64,000 bases of DNA from assembly GCA_965217775.1 (NCBI GenBank), contig CBDCJH010000002.1:4736001-4800000 (forward strand). The letters are read 5' to 3'. Numbering within the stretch: position 1 is the stretch's first letter; every line of letters begins with the position of its first letter. Made by a program: the position numbers and the translations under genes. The notes beneath the pieces are model-generated. The model was given only the letters and a program-made list of their open reading frames with translations. It made no database searches and had not been told where the DNA came from. The stretch comes from Acidobacteriota bacterium (GTDB lineage Bacteria > Acidobacteriota > UBA6911 > RPQK01 > JAJDTT01). Below, piece after piece: positions 11,114-21,741 of this stretch.

Positions 11114-13765
11114 TCACAGCGACTTCGCTCCGAGGCCCTCCAGGCTCCAGCCCACGACCCAGCGGGAATGGTTGTCGTGCCCCGAGGCCGCGTTGTCGGC
11201 GTCGATCGGGGCCACCGACTCCAGATTGGACTCCCGGAGAAACTCCTCCAACAGGGACCGATGTCCGTACATGGCCACCAGGAAGCGAATGGGGTCGACC
11301 TGGGCCAGAAGTTCCGTTTCATAGGCATCGATGGCGTCGGCGCCTCCCTCGATCAGTCCTAACGCCCGTTTCAGCCCAGGCACGAGATTGATCAGGCCGG
11401 CGCCGCCCCGGGGGACCATGAGACTGCCGTCCGGCTCGGTGACGTGGGTCCAGGAGTGGGTCCCGCCGGCGCCGATGTAGGCCGAGGCGCCCATGCCGGC
11501 CACGATGGGAATCCCATAGAGCCGACCCAGATCCAGATAGGGACGGATGTCCTGGTCGGCCTGCCCCCTGAGGTCCTGCAGCGGATCGAGTTGGAGTTGG
11601 TCGACGAGCTGCTCGCGGCACCAGCGCTCCACGTCCAACCCTTGGGCCAAATTGCGGAACAGCCCCGCCGCTGGAATGCGCACGGCCACGGGGATGGGCC
11701 GATTCCGGGCGGCGAGTCCGGCCTTCAGGTCCCGCAGCACCCGGGTGAAGAAGTCCGCCCGCCAGCGAACCCAGTCGCGGTAGGGCCGGCCGGCGGAGAC
11801 GTCGATCTTTCCGGGATCCACGCCGGTCGCCTTTCGATAGGCCGCGACCATCTCAGGGTTGTACAGAAGCATGGGGACCTGCCGGTCGCATCCCACCAAC
11901 AGGCCGTCCGCCCCCCGCTCGGCCACCTCCAGCAGGATGTCGACTCGCTCCTTCCTGACCTGGGGAAAGTAGTAGCTCAGGCCCCTGGAGTCCGATCCGT
12001 CCTTGGCGATTCTCCACCACTCGGGATGGCGCTTGTAGAAGTCGCTGGAGAAGATGCCGCCGTAGCGGTTGGCGCCATAGTGCCGCTGCATCGCCAGCCA
12101 GGGCCAGACCTGCGCGCGGCATCCCTCCCGGGTCCGGTTGACCTGGGACAGGGCGTCGTACTCGTTGATCATGTGGATGCGCCTGCCGTAGTCGTGGGGG
12201 GAGTAGTCCCGGCTCTGCTGCGCCTTTTCGTAGGAGGCACAGGGGAACCGGGTGGTCTGGGGAAGCCGGCTGTGGTATTCGACCCAGGACCGGCCCACCG
12301 ACCAGCCGATGGTCCCGAACCCCAGTTCGGACTGGCCGCAGACGATGCTCCGGAACTGGTCCGGCAGGAGGCGGGCCCAGACCACGTCGAAATAGCAGGC
12401 CCAGTCGTTCACCGCCAACAGCGGCGTCGGTGGCTTGGACATCCGGTTTCCGAGGGTCCGGACCGATTGGGGCGTGACCGGAACCAGGCGCAGGAGAGTG
12501 GCCATGCCTCGCTGTTCGCCGGCCTTCCTCCAGTCGAGCCACCGCCTGGGGTCGCCGCTGGAGTAGAAACGAATGACTTCTCCGGTCAGGTCGGCGGCGG
12601 TGACGAAGGTCTCGTCGCCCAACTGGGTGGGAGGTGCGTCCCGGATCAACCCCTCACGGCCGACCTGAACGTGCAGACCCGAGCCTCCAATCCCCAGGAA
12701 GACGGCATAGGTCCCCCGGGTCGGCGGGCGATAGGTCATGGGAGGAGCGGTATAGTCGCCTCTGCCCACCAGGGCGACGCCATCATTCGAAAGCCGCTTC
12801 CACTCCCAGGACTCCCCATCGATGGGTCCGTCACCCCACCGGCTATGGGCGCGCTGAAAGTCACGAATCCGGATCTCGGGACGCCCCGGATCGATCTGAA
12901 GGCGCCAGGAGGCCAGCGGGGTCAGCAGGAGACTGTTCGGGGACTCGGTTCTCCGCCGGTAGTCCAGGACGGGGCCGTCCGGCCAGAGCCGTCCCGCCAG
13001 CCTGGGCAGGAACCGCACCCGGTAGTTCCCGTCGGGCCAACCCTCGACCGGGACGGAAAATCTCTGCAATCCTTCCGCACGGCTGAGCGTGACGTTTCGG
13101 GTCCGGAGGGAATCCCCAGAGGCGTCCAGCAACCTCAATTCACCTTCCATGCGATCGGGACCGACTCCCGGACGGACCTCCGCCAACAGCGTCAGTCGAT
13201 CCTGGTCCAGGAGGACTTCCGGGTCCATCCGGAGCGAGATCAAATCAGCGGATCCCAACTTGGGATCGAATACGACTCGATCGGGTCCGTTCTCCACGAA
13301 ACGCAGGGCCTTGACCGGAAGCCCGCCCTCACCCATCCCCAGCCGTTCGGTCGTGGTGTCCCGGCTGAGTTGCTGGCGGAAGATCCACGTCTTCTCCAGG
13401 TCCTGGCCCTTCACCTGGAGCTCGAGCTCGTACCCTCGAAAGTAGACGGCGCCCGCTTCGTATTCGTAGCGGCCGGGAGCGGTCAGAGGGCCCAGATCGA
13501 AGCTGATCCGATCTCGGAACGGCCGGGTCTCGGTGATGACCCTGCCGGACGCCAGACGCCTGGTCACCCGCCCCTGGAACTCCCGGTCTCCAGGTTCGAG
13601 AGCGGTGAAGCTCAAACCATGGTTGGCGCCCGGAACGAGCTGCAACTCCCGGTCGGACGGGTCGTGGTCCACCCCATCGAAGGAAAGTTTCACCCCATCG
13701 GAGGCCCCGGCGAACGCCGGCAGGGTGAACAGAAAGCACAGAATCGGAAGACGGCTCCAGGTCAT
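11114..13765 (-). CDS. Secreted 883-aa protein with a C-terminal glycoside-hydrolase-like TIM barrel (GHL10/DUF187-like)
   Basis: Signal peptide (LPAFA); FYKRHPEWW, LSYYFPQVR, GADGL, WVRWRA, GLDVERW resemble GHL10-like barrels. Confidence 0.55.
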   Translation of the reverse strand: MTWSRLPILCFLFTLPAFAGASDGVKLSFDGVDHDPSDRELQLVPGANHGLSFTALEPGDREFQGRVTRRLASGRVITETRPFRDRISFDLGPLTAPGRYEYEAGAVYFRGYELELQVKGQDLEKTWIFRQQLSRDTTTERLGMGEGGLPVKALRFVENGPDRVVFDPKLGSADLISLRMDPEVLLDQDRLTLLAEVRPGVGPDRMEGELRLLDASGDSLRTRNVTLSRAEGLQRFSVPVEGWPDGNYRVRFLPRLAGRLWPDGPVLDYRRRTESPNSLLLTPLASWRLQIDPGRPEIRIRDFQRAHSRWGDGPIDGESWEWKRLSNDGVALVGRGDYTAPPMTYRPPTRGTYAVFLGIGGSGLHVQVGREGLIRDAPPTQLGDETFVTAADLTGEVIRFYSSGDPRRWLDWRKAGEQRGMATLLRLVPVTPQSVRTLGNRMSKPPTPLLAVNDWACYFDVVWARLLPDQFRSIVCGQSELGFGTIGWSVGRSWVEYHSRLPQTTRFPCASYEKAQQSRDYSPHDYGRRIHMINEYDALSQVNRTREGCRAQVWPWLAMQRHYGANRYGGIFSSDFYKRHPEWWRIAKDGSDSRGLSYYFPQVRKERVDILLEVAERGADGLLVGCDRQVPMLLYNPEMVAAYRKATGVDPGKIDVSAGRPYRDWVRWRADFFTRVLRDLKAGLAARNRPIPVAVRIPAAGLFRNLAQGLDVERWCREQLVDQLQLDPLQDLRGQADQDIRPYLDLGRLYGIPIVAGMGASAYIGAGGTHSWTHVTEPDGSLMVPRGGAGLINLVPGLKRALGLIEGGADAIDAYETELLAQVDPIRFLVAMYGHRSLLEEFLRESNLESVAPIDADNAASGHDNHSRWVVGWSLEGLGAKSL

Positions 13766-13989
13766 CCTCGATCACACTCCCATGAAGATCCGGGGATCGG
13801 CCCCGGCGTTCGGGATCGTCCGCAGAGTTGCTCCGGTTGATCCTGACAGCCGGCGGGGATTTTTTCCACAGGCTGCCCACAACCTTTCCTCAGTTTTTTG
13901 GGGCAACCATGGATATTATGAGAGCCGCGAGGAAGGCGACTCGTCGGTATTGGACCGAAGCGTAACGTGGCGCCGGGGAGATCGGACTG

Positions 13990-15033
13990 GTGAGCTATTC
14001 CAAGGGCTTCAAACTGATCGGGACCTGCCTCTCGGGACTCGGTCTGATCTTTTTGGCCTCGATTTCCTGCAGCCACACTTCTCAAACGGTTCCCCCCGAC
14101 GAGTTCGGCCGCGTCTACCCGGTGGCGTTGCGCCTGAAGAACGGCTCGCCGCTTCTCAAGATCGAATTCAGTTCCCGCGGTATCCAGAAGCTGACGACCG
14201 TCGAGGAGCCGGGACTGGACTGGATCTACCAGGGTGCCTATAGCGCCTGGGACTACACGGAGTGGCACTGGTGGAAGGGTCATCCCTTCGACTTTCAGGC
14301 TCGCGGACCTGAAAATCCGGCCTACTGGGACTCTTTTCGTCCCCGTTTCCAGGGAAACCCGCGGGTGGATGCAGAGAAGATCGGCGAGGGCTACCTGGGG
14401 ATCGATTTCGGAACCGACGGCTTCGGGTTCCAGCAGGACTATCTCTTGCCCGGCGAGGCCGCTCCCGGCCGAGCCTATTGGGACATGTTTTTCACCGCCG
14501 TCAACGCGACCGGAAGACAGATCGAGGAGTATGGGCATTTCTTTGCCTCTTACACCTCGATCAACGGCTCGCGCTCCTTCTGGTTCTGGGACGCCGGAGG
14601 AGAGTTGGCCTTGTGGGCGGACCGGGGGGCCGGGCACTTGAACGGTTATGTGAGCAGCCCCGAGGCCTACTTTTTGGGCGAGGGCAGAATTCCCCATTGC
14701 CCCCGCGGAAACGGCCGCCTGATGGGCACTTGGCGCCATCCGGTGCTGGTTTCCCACGCCTCACCCGCCGGCTGGCGCTCGGTGATCCTGCTGGACCCGG
14801 AGACGACGGCCGCCGTCACCTGCGGCATGGAGGGGACCGCCATGGACTACATCTTCTATCCCGGCCACAGGGAGCGGGTCTTTCCGCCCGGAGGCAGATT
14901 CCGTTCCCACCTGCGGCATCTTATGGTCAAGAATCCCGGGCTCCCGACCCGGGAGCAACTGGACAAGTGGTGGATGGAGTTCCAACAGGCGAGACCCGAC
15001 CTCGAACGGTGGCGGGACGGTCTGCGAAAGTGA
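13990..15033 (+). CDS. Hypothetical lipoprotein
   Basis: Hydrophobic N-terminus ending in SISC; aromatic-rich beta-like body; host-like codon usage. Confidence 0.7.
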   Translation: MSYSKGFKLIGTCLSGLGLIFLASISCSHTSQTVPPDEFGRVYPVALRLKNGSPLLKIEFSSRGIQKLTTVEEPGLDWIYQGAYSAWDYTEWHWWKGHPFDFQARGPENPAYWDSFRPRFQGNPRVDAEKIGEGYLGIDFGTDGFGFQQDYLLPGEAAPGRAYWDMFFTAVNATGRQIEEYGHFFASYTSINGSRSFWFWDAGGELALWADRGAGHLNGYVSSPEAYFLGEGRIPHCPRGNGRLMGTWRHPVLVSHASPAGWRSVILLDPETTAAVTCGMEGTAMDYIFYPGHRERVFPPGGRFRSHLRHLMVKNPGLPTREQLDKWWMEFQQARPDLERWRDGLRK

Positions 15034-15059
15034 TGGGCCGGGCGGCGGGTCGCGGCGCC

Positions 15060-16520
15060 TCAGTTTCCGGCGACGTCGTGAAGAAGCCGCAACAGCGTGC
15101 CGCGAACCTTGGCTTCGGACTCCACCGTCAGATAGCTGGACCTCGCCCGCCAAGTCTCGTAGCCGCCCAATTCGTGTTGCCGGGCGGTGGGCAGGTAACC
15201 GTTGTAACCGTTCGCCAACTCGACCACGAAGGTCGGCCGCAACGGACTCTCCTTCTTGATGGCCAGACCGGTCTCGACGAAGGTCTCGCAGGGGCTGCTG
15301 ACGATCCCCAGTTCTCCAATGCGGATCGCCTGCAGCCGGACCGGAACCCGTGCCGGATATTCGGCCAGCAGCATCGTCTCGCGGGCGTAGATGCCTCGCC
15401 GGTCCCGGTAAGGTCCGGGTCCGGCTGCCGCCAGGATATTCCGGGCGCGCTCCAGGTCTTCCCGGTCCGGCAGCCGGACCCCCAGCTCGATCTCCGATTC
15501 GCTGGAAGCCAAGGGCACCCAGTCGTGATACTCGATTCGCCGGTAGGCCTGGACCGCCGAATCGGCCACGCCGGAGGCCACCAGGCGGATCTGCTCGAAG
15601 GGCTGGCGGCGGACGCCCGGCTCGAAGAAATTGACGTTGTTGATGTCGGCGCTGGTTCCGTTGGACATGATGCCCACGAACGGCGGCTCGACCTCCCCGG
15701 CGCCCACGCGCTGCGCGATCTGCTTGGCGAATTCACCGAAATAGTCCGCCGAGAGGCCGCCGGGCGCGACGCCGCCCACGTAGTGGAGCGAGTAGTTGGC
15801 CAGCAGGGCCAGCGGCCGCCCCTCCTGCGACTGAACGGATAGGACCGGAACCTCGGGGTCGATGGGGCCGGCCGGCGCCAGCAACTTGCTGCTGCCTCGG
15901 GGCGGATTCATCCTCACTCGATCGGTGCCGGCGTCGAACGGATCCCTGTACTCGAAACCGGGACGCATGAACCAGCGCCGGTTGAAGACCTGGCGGGCGT
16001 TGTTGCCGACGGCCCAGCCGACTCTGGCCGGTTCGAGCCGCGAGGCGGCATCGATGACGGCCTGGGCCATCCGTTCCTTCAGAAACTCCCGGTAGGCTGC
16101 TTCAGGCTCACTCTGGAAGACTCCGGCGACGGTGACGGCGGTGTGGGTGTGGGTGGCCGACATCAGCATGTTCCCGGCCGGGATCCCGGTCGAGCGCGAC
16201 GCCTTCTTGCGGGCGTCGTCGATGATGTCCCTCGGAATCATGCAACTGTCGCTGACCACGATGGCGATCCGGACCGAGCCGTTGTCCAGGACCAGGCCGC
16301 GCGCGTTGAGGGGATCGTGCGCCTTCCCCACCGAGCGGTCGCTCATGCCCCCGTTGGAAGAGACGGGAAAAGTCCGGGGAGTGATGTCCACCACGGAGGC
16401 GCCGGCACGCAGAACCTTCCGCTCGCCTTGGGCAGAAATTCCTGGAGCCGTGCCAGCCGGGACCAACGCCAGCAGCACGAACATCAGGAGCCAACGTGTC
16501 AACATGGTCGTCAATGGCAT
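15060..16520 (-). CDS. Neutral/alkaline ceramidase-like secreted hydrolase
   Basis: HDPLNARGLVL, SATHTHT, NYSLHY, SADYFG, LANGYNGYLPT-GGYE; alternative TTG start at 16550. Confidence 0.8.
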   Translation of the reverse strand: MPLTTMLTRWLLMFVLLALVPAGTAPGISAQGERKVLRAGASVVDITPRTFPVSSNGGMSDRSVGKAHDPLNARGLVLDNGSVRIAIVVSDSCMIPRDIIDDARKKASRSTGIPAGNMLMSATHTHTAVTVAGVFQSEPEAAYREFLKERMAQAVIDAASRLEPARVGWAVGNNARQVFNRRWFMRPGFEYRDPFDAGTDRVRMNPPRGSSKLLAPAGPIDPEVPVLSVQSQEGRPLALLANYSLHYVGGVAPGGLSADYFGEFAKQIAQRVGAGEVEPPFVGIMSNGTSADINNVNFFEPGVRRQPFEQIRLVASGVADSAVQAYRRIEYHDWVPLASSESEIELGVRLPDREDLERARNILAAAGPGPYRDRRGIYARETMLLAEYPARVPVRLQAIRIGELGIVSSPCETFVETGLAIKKESPLRPTFVVELANGYNGYLPTARQHELGGYETWRARSSYLTVESEAKVRGTLLRLLHDVAGN

Positions 16521-16546
16521 CGCAGGTCGATCCTGGAAGAGGGATT

Positions 16547-18040
16547 TCAATGAGACTGTATCATCTGCGGCCGAGGATCCTCCACAATCCCGGGAGGACG
16601 TTGGTTCGCACCCGGCCGCCCCCGGTCTCCGAGGTCGACGCGCGCCTCCTCCGCCAGCGCCATCAGCCGATCCACGATCTCAGGGTGCTCGAGAGCGACG
16701 TTGCGTGCCGAGCCAACGTCACTTAGGAGATTGAAGAGGAGGGGTTCCACCGGCCGTTCGTCCCCAAAATGAGGATGACGGCGGAACGAGTCCAGCGGCA
16801 CAAAGAGTTTCCAGGGACCCTGCCGCACCGCATGAAGCTGATCCCGGTCGTAGTAGTAGAAGGCCTCATAGGGCGAAACGGCGGACGGCTCCGCGAACAA
16901 CAGGGGACGAATATCGTGGCCGTCGAGGATACGATCCGGCGGCGGCTCGCCACCGGCCAGGCGAGTCAGCGTGGGCATCAGATCCATGTTCGTGGCCAGC
17001 TCCCGGCACACGGATCCGGGCGCGATCCGGCCCGGCCACCAGGCGATGGCCGGCACCCGAAAGGCGCCCTCCGCCGTGGTGTACCCCCGCCCGAAAAGAG
17101 GCGCGTTGCTTCCCCGCTCCGGACTGGCCGGGTCCCGGGACAGAGGGGCGCCGTTGTCTGAAGTCCAGATGACCAGAGTGTGTCGATCCAGCTCGAACTC
17201 CACCAGTTTGTCCAGGATCCGGCCGGTGGACCAGTCCAGTTCCTCGACCGAGTCTCCCCAGGGACCGTTTCGGCTCCTACCCTTGAAGCGCTCGCCGGCG
17301 AAAGGCTTCCGGGTGCTTCCCGGCATCGCCTGAGGCAGATAGAGAAAGAAGGGCCGGTCCCGGTTCGCCTCGATGAACTTCAGAGCCCGCCGCGTGTAGC
17401 GTTGGGTCAACCGGTTCCGGTCGACTGGGGCCTCGACGACGGTTTCGTTCTCCATCAGCGGCAGCGGGGGCCATCGGACGCCGTCCATCCGTTCGCCGAT
17501 CCGCCGACCGACGGCCCGCGTCATGTCGTCACTGTAGGGAACGCCGAAAAAGGAATCGAACCCCTGCCGGGTGGGGAGAAACTCCGGCTGATCCCCCAGG
17601 TGCCATTTGCCGATGACGGCGGTGGCATAGCCGAGAGGCTTCAAGGACTCCGCGATGGTGATCTCATCCGGGTGCAGCCCATAGGGCGAGACGGGCCGCA
17701 GGACCTGTCCGTCCCGAGGGTTCGTGTGCATCCCCACCCTCTGCGCGTAGGCCCCGGTCAGGAGACTGGCGCGCGACGGCGTGCAGACCCCGGCGGTGGC
17801 GTAGAAGTGGGTGAGCTTGAGGCCTTCCCGGGCCATGCGGTTCAGACCGGGTGTCCGATGGAGCCGGGACCCGAAGGGCTCGACGTCGCCGTAGCCCAGG
17901 TTGTCGCAGACGATGACGATGAAATTCGGCGGCCGCGTGTCCTCGGCCGAGCAACCTGTCAGGAGCTGAACGGCGAGGGTCAGGGAAGCCGGGAAAATGC
18001 GGTGCGATCGTCCCGGCGCAGGCTCGTTCGCAGAAACCAC
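16547..18040 (-). CDS. Arylsulfatase (formylglycine-dependent, Cys type), probable lipoprotein
   Basis: PNFIVIVCDNLGYGD, CTPSRASLLTG, GKWHLG, TSDNG; start position uncertain. Confidence 0.92.
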   Translation of the reverse strand: MVSANEPAPGRSHRIFPASLTLAVQLLTGCSAEDTRPPNFIVIVCDNLGYGDVEPFGSRLHRTPGLNRMAREGLKLTHFYATAGVCTPSRASLLTGAYAQRVGMHTNPRDGQVLRPVSPYGLHPDEITIAESLKPLGYATAVIGKWHLGDQPEFLPTRQGFDSFFGVPYSDDMTRAVGRRIGERMDGVRWPPLPLMENETVVEAPVDRNRLTQRYTRRALKFIEANRDRPFFLYLPQAMPGSTRKPFAGERFKGRSRNGPWGDSVEELDWSTGRILDKLVEFELDRHTLVIWTSDNGAPLSRDPASPERGSNAPLFGRGYTTAEGAFRVPAIAWWPGRIAPGSVCRELATNMDLMPTLTRLAGGEPPPDRILDGHDIRPLLFAEPSAVSPYEAFYYYDRDQLHAVRQGPWKLFVPLDSFRRHPHFGDERPVEPLLFNLLSDVGSARNVALEHPEIVDRLMALAEEARVDLGDRGRPGANQRPPGIVEDPRPQMIQSH

Positions 18041-18137
18041 GAAATACAAATACCAGATTGAAGGGCGACGAGCGCCGCCTTCCGGCTTGGAGCGGCCGAT
18101 CCGGACAGGTAGTCTTGACCGAACCCTGGGACCTGGA

Positions 18138-19358
18138 ATGAAGAGAGCGATCTCCGAGAGCGGATCCGGAAAACGACGTGACCCGCGCCGTCTGGGTGCG
18201 GTCCTGCTGGCGATGGGGTGGCTGGCCGGTTGCGCCTTGGCTCCGGAGCCGGAGTCACCGAACAGCGGCTTCACCGTCGCCGAAACGGATGGAGAGATCG
18301 TCATCTCGGGGCCGGCCCTGGAGGCCAGGATCCGGAAGCAGGGCTACGTCAGCGGCGTCGCCGGAGGATCGTTCCTGGACCGCAAGACCGGCTTTCGCGA
18401 CGCCGGGCACGGTCTCCATATCGCCGACTTCCTGCTGGAGCCGGGCAGCGCCGAATCCTATGGAGATCGGCTCCCCGAGGAGTTGCGCTACCTGGATGAT
18501 CCTCTGATCCACGGAATGCGCCCCAAGCGGATCGTCGAAGGCCCCCAGATCTGTACCCGGGCGCGCCGCCTCTCGCCCCGGCTCGTGGAGGGCCCGGACT
18601 TCGCGGCGGTGACCATGGACTTCACCTACACGCTGGCGGCGCCTGGAAAGCGGCCCGGATCGACGTGGACACAGACCCTGGTGTTCCCGGCAGGCGAGCG
18701 CTACTTCGTGTCCAGCGACCGGATCGATTCGGCCAACGACAGCGACTCCCTGTTTCTCCGCATCGACATGCCAGGCCACATCAAGCACCGGAAGGGGGAC
18801 GCCTTCAGCGAAGTCTATCTGAGCTATGTCGGTAAGATTCCGGCGGACAAATTCCTCACCGATTTCGGCCCCGACGGCAGTTTCAACTTTCGAGCGGACC
18901 GCAATGAACTCCCTTCGAGGTTCATCCGGGCCTACCGGTTGAGGGACCCGGATACTGGGCGGGAGGGACCGTGGCTCGCCGGCATGACCCTCGATCCGGA
19001 CACCGTATACGAAGCCTGGTGCCACCAGCGCGGCTACGTCTGCATGATCCAGGAGCTGGGCGGAAAGCCGATCCGGGCCGGAGAGTCCTTCGGCGCCGCC
19101 TACGTCGTCGGTTACTTCGACTCCGTGGAGGAGATGAACCGGGTCTACGACCGCTACGCGGGTCACCGCGGTCTCCGGGTGGACCGGAATCGGTGGCGGC
19201 TGACGGAACGGGTTCCAGACAGGGAAAAGAAGGTAGGGGCGCCCCTTGTGGGTGCCCTCTTCCCCCTTGTGGGTGCCCTCTTCCCCCTTGTGGGCGCCCT
19301 CTTCGGTCCGAACCGGAGCAAGACGCGGCCTGTCGAAGGTCCGGGAGGTGGAGAGTGA
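18138..19358 (+). CDS. Hypothetical lipoprotein with REP-derived C-terminal repeat
   Basis: LAGC lipobox; long ORF with host codon usage; tail (PLVGALF)x3. Confidence 0.75.
   Translation: MKRAISESGSGKRRDPRRLGAVLLAMGWLAGCALAPEPESPNSGFTVAETDGEIVISGPALEARIRKQGYVSGVAGGSFLDRKTGFRDAGHGLHIADFLLEPGSAESYGDRLPEELRYLDDPLIHGMRPKRIVEGPQICTRARRLSPRLVEGPDFAAVTMDFTYTLAAPGKRPGSTWTQTLVFPAGERYFVSSDRIDSANDSDSLFLRIDMPGHIKHRKGDAFSEVYLSYVGKIPADKFLTDFGPDGSFNFRADRNELPSRFIRAYRLRDPDTGREGPWLAGMTLDPDTVYEAWCHQRGYVCMIQELGGKPIRAGESFGAAYVVGYFDSVEEMNRVYDRYAGHRGLRVDRNRWRLTERVPDREKKVGAPLVGALFPLVGALFPLVGALFGPNRSKTRPVEGPGGGE
19233..19304 (+). repeat. GTAG REP with 21-bp tandem triplication, inside a CDS
   Basis: GTAGGGGCG followed by CCCCTTGTGGGYGCCCTCTTC x3 (19242, 19263, 19284). 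Confidence 0.9.
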
Positions 19359-21685
19359 TCGGAGTGGTTTCCGCGGTCCTGGCCGCCGCATCCCTGTCCG
19401 TGAGCCTCGCCGCGGGTCCTGGGAGCCGTCTGCCCGGAACCCGTCACCTGCGGATGAAAGGGGACCTGTCTCTTCAGCTTGTGGAGACGATCGACCGGTT
19501 CCTGCTGCGGCGGATCGCCGAGTCGCCGAAGTCAAGAGGAAGATTCTGGAGCTGGGACTACTCCTCCCCGCGGGCGTACCTGGAATCGATCCAGTCGAAC
19601 CGGGATCGATTTCGGCGCCGCATCGGTGCGGTGGACGACAGACTTCCGGCGGGGGACCTGGAGCTGGTGGCCACCTTCACCAGTCCGTCCCTGGTTGCCG
19701 AGAACGGGCGGCTCCGTGTGTTCGCCGTCCGCTGGCCGGTCTTGGACGGCGTGGACGCGGAAGGGTTGCTGGTGGAGCCTGCCGGGAAAGCCAGGGCCCA
19801 GGTCGTGGTCATCCCCGACGCGGACTGGACACCCGAGATGTTGGCAGGCCTGCACCCGCAGACCCCGCCCCGGCTTCAGGCCGCCCGGATCCTGGCGGAG
19901 GCGGGGTGCCGGGTTCTGGTGCCGGCGCTGATCGACCGCAAGAACACCTGGTCGGGAAACCCCAGGGTCCGGATGAGCAACCAGACGCACCGGGAGTTCA
20001 TCTACCGGCAAGCCTACTTCATGGGGCGCCATCCGATCGGCTACGAGGTGCAGAAGGTCCTGGCGGCGCTCGACTACTTTTCCCGCAACCGGTCCGGCCC
20101 CGCCGGCCCGGACACGCCCCTCGGCATCGCGGGACACGGGGAGGGCGGCCTGGTCGCCCTCTACAGCGCCGCACTGGACTCGCGGGTGCGGGCCACGCTG
20201 GTCAGCGGCTACTTCCAACCGCGGGAGCACGTCTGGCAGGAGCCCGTTTACCGCAACGTCTGGGGCCTCCTGGAGGAATTCGGGGACGCCGAGATCGCGA
20301 GTCTGATCGCGCCCCGCGCACTGCTGGTGGAGGCCTGCCGGGGTCCGGAGGTTCCCGGCCCTCCGCCGCCTCGAGACGGGCGCATGGACGCGGCCTCAGG
20401 CAAGCTGGAGATTCCGCCCCTGGACCGCGTCCGGTCCGAGTTCCGGAGGGCTCGCCGGCACTTCGAACGATTGCGGATTCCCGACCGGATCCAGTTGGTC
20501 GTCAGCGGCTCCGGAGAGGGCCCCCCGTTCTCCGCCCCGGCGCTGGAAGCGCTGCTGTCGGCTCTGGATGACGGACTCACCCCTCCCGGTCAAATCAAGC
20601 GGGAAGAGCCGCTTCGGGATCGGCGCGCCAAATTCGATCCCGCGACGCGGATGCAGCGTCAGTATCGGCAGTTGGTGGAGCATTGCCAGAAACTGATGAG
20701 GCTCAGTTCCTTTGGGCGGGAACGATTCTGGTCGCAGGCGGACCCCTCGTCCCCGGACCGGTGGGTCCGGACGACCCGCGCCTATCGGGATCATCTGTGG
20801 CGCGAGATCATCGGGTGGCTTCCGCCGGCCAGCGTCGAGCCCAAGCCAAGGACGCGCCAGATCTACGAGACGGACCGCTGGAAGGGTTACGAGGTGGTGC
20901 TCGACACTTGGCCCAAGGTCTTCAGCTATGGCGTGATCCTGGTGCCCAAGGATCTGAAACCGGGAGAACGGCGCCCGGTCGTGGTCGCCCAGCATGGCCG
21001 GGCCGGCAGACCCCAGGACGTCTGCGACCCTGAGCAAGACCAAGGCCCCTACCATGCCTTCGGCGCCCAATTGGCCGACCGCGGCTTCGTCGTCTACGCC
21101 CCTCAGAACCTCTACATCGGCGAGGAGAAGTACCGCGCGTTGCAGCGGAAGGCGAACCCCCTCAAGCTGACCTTCTTCGCCCCCATGGTGCGCCAGCACC
21201 AGCAGGTCTTGGAGTGGCTCGCGACGCTTCCCTTCGTCGACGCCGGCCGGATCGGCTTCTACGGGCTCTCCTACGGCGGCAAATCGGCCATGCTGATCCC
21301 GGCGGTGCTGGAACAATATGCGCTTTCGATCTGTTCCGGCGACTTCAATGAGGAGGTCTGGAAACATGTGAGCATCGACGTTCCCTACAGCTTCATGTTG
21401 ACCAAGGAGCATGAGCACAGCGAGTTCGATTTCGGCGAGAAGTTCAATTATGCCGAGATCGCCGGCCTGATCGCACCCCGTCCCTTCATGGTCGAGCGGG
21501 GACACCGCGACGGCGTCGGGGAGGACGAGTGGGTGGCTTTCGAATACGCGAAAGTGCGCCGCCGCTACGTGAATCTGGGAATCGGCGACCGGACGCGAAT
21601 CGAGTACTTCGACGGAGCCCACGAGATCCACGGCAAGGGCACCTTCGAGTTCCTCCACCAGCATCTGGACTGGCCACGGCGCTGA
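19355..21685 (+). CDS. Two-domain alpha/beta hydrolase (dienelactone hydrolase/acetylxylan esterase-like)
   Basis: N-domain GHGEGG (degenerate elbow), C-domain GFYGLSYGG nucleophile elbow, IAPRP motifs; GTGA overlap with upstream gene. Confidence 0.8.
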   Translation: MIGVVSAVLAAASLSVSLAAGPGSRLPGTRHLRMKGDLSLQLVETIDRFLLRRIAESPKSRGRFWSWDYSSPRAYLESIQSNRDRFRRRIGAVDDRLPAGDLELVATFTSPSLVAENGRLRVFAVRWPVLDGVDAEGLLVEPAGKARAQVVVIPDADWTPEMLAGLHPQTPPRLQAARILAEAGCRVLVPALIDRKNTWSGNPRVRMSNQTHREFIYRQAYFMGRHPIGYEVQKVLAALDYFSRNRSGPAGPDTPLGIAGHGEGGLVALYSAALDSRVRATLVSGYFQPREHVWQEPVYRNVWGLLEEFGDAEIASLIAPRALLVEACRGPEVPGPPPPRDGRMDAASGKLEIPPLDRVRSEFRRARRHFERLRIPDRIQLVVSGSGEGPPFSAPALEALLSALDDGLTPPGQIKREEPLRDRRAKFDPATRMQRQYRQLVEHCQKLMRLSSFGRERFWSQADPSSPDRWVRTTRAYRDHLWREIIGWLPPASVEPKPRTRQIYETDRWKGYEVVLDTWPKVFSYGVILVPKDLKPGERRPVVVAQHGRAGRPQDVCDPEQDQGPYHAFGAQLADRGFVVYAPQNLYIGEEKYRALQRKANPLKLTFFAPMVRQHQQVLEWLATLPFVDAGRIGFYGLSYGGKSAMLIPAVLEQYALSICSGDFNEEVWKHVSIDVPYSFMLTKEHEHSEFDFGEKFNYAEIAGLIAPRPFMVERGHRDGVGEDEWVAFEYAKVRRRYVNLGIGDRTRIEYFDGAHEIHGKGTFEFLHQHLDWPRR

Positions 21686-21741
21686 TTTCCGGTAACCGCT
21701 TCCCTCCGCTGCAATTTGCCGACATAATGCCTTCAAGTTCC

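Noticed and set aside
13846-13885. DnaA-box-like TTTTCCACA and a weak CAGCC...GGCTG inverted repeat
   Set aside because: Single box without cluster or unwinding element, and no TSD to support a MITE remnant.
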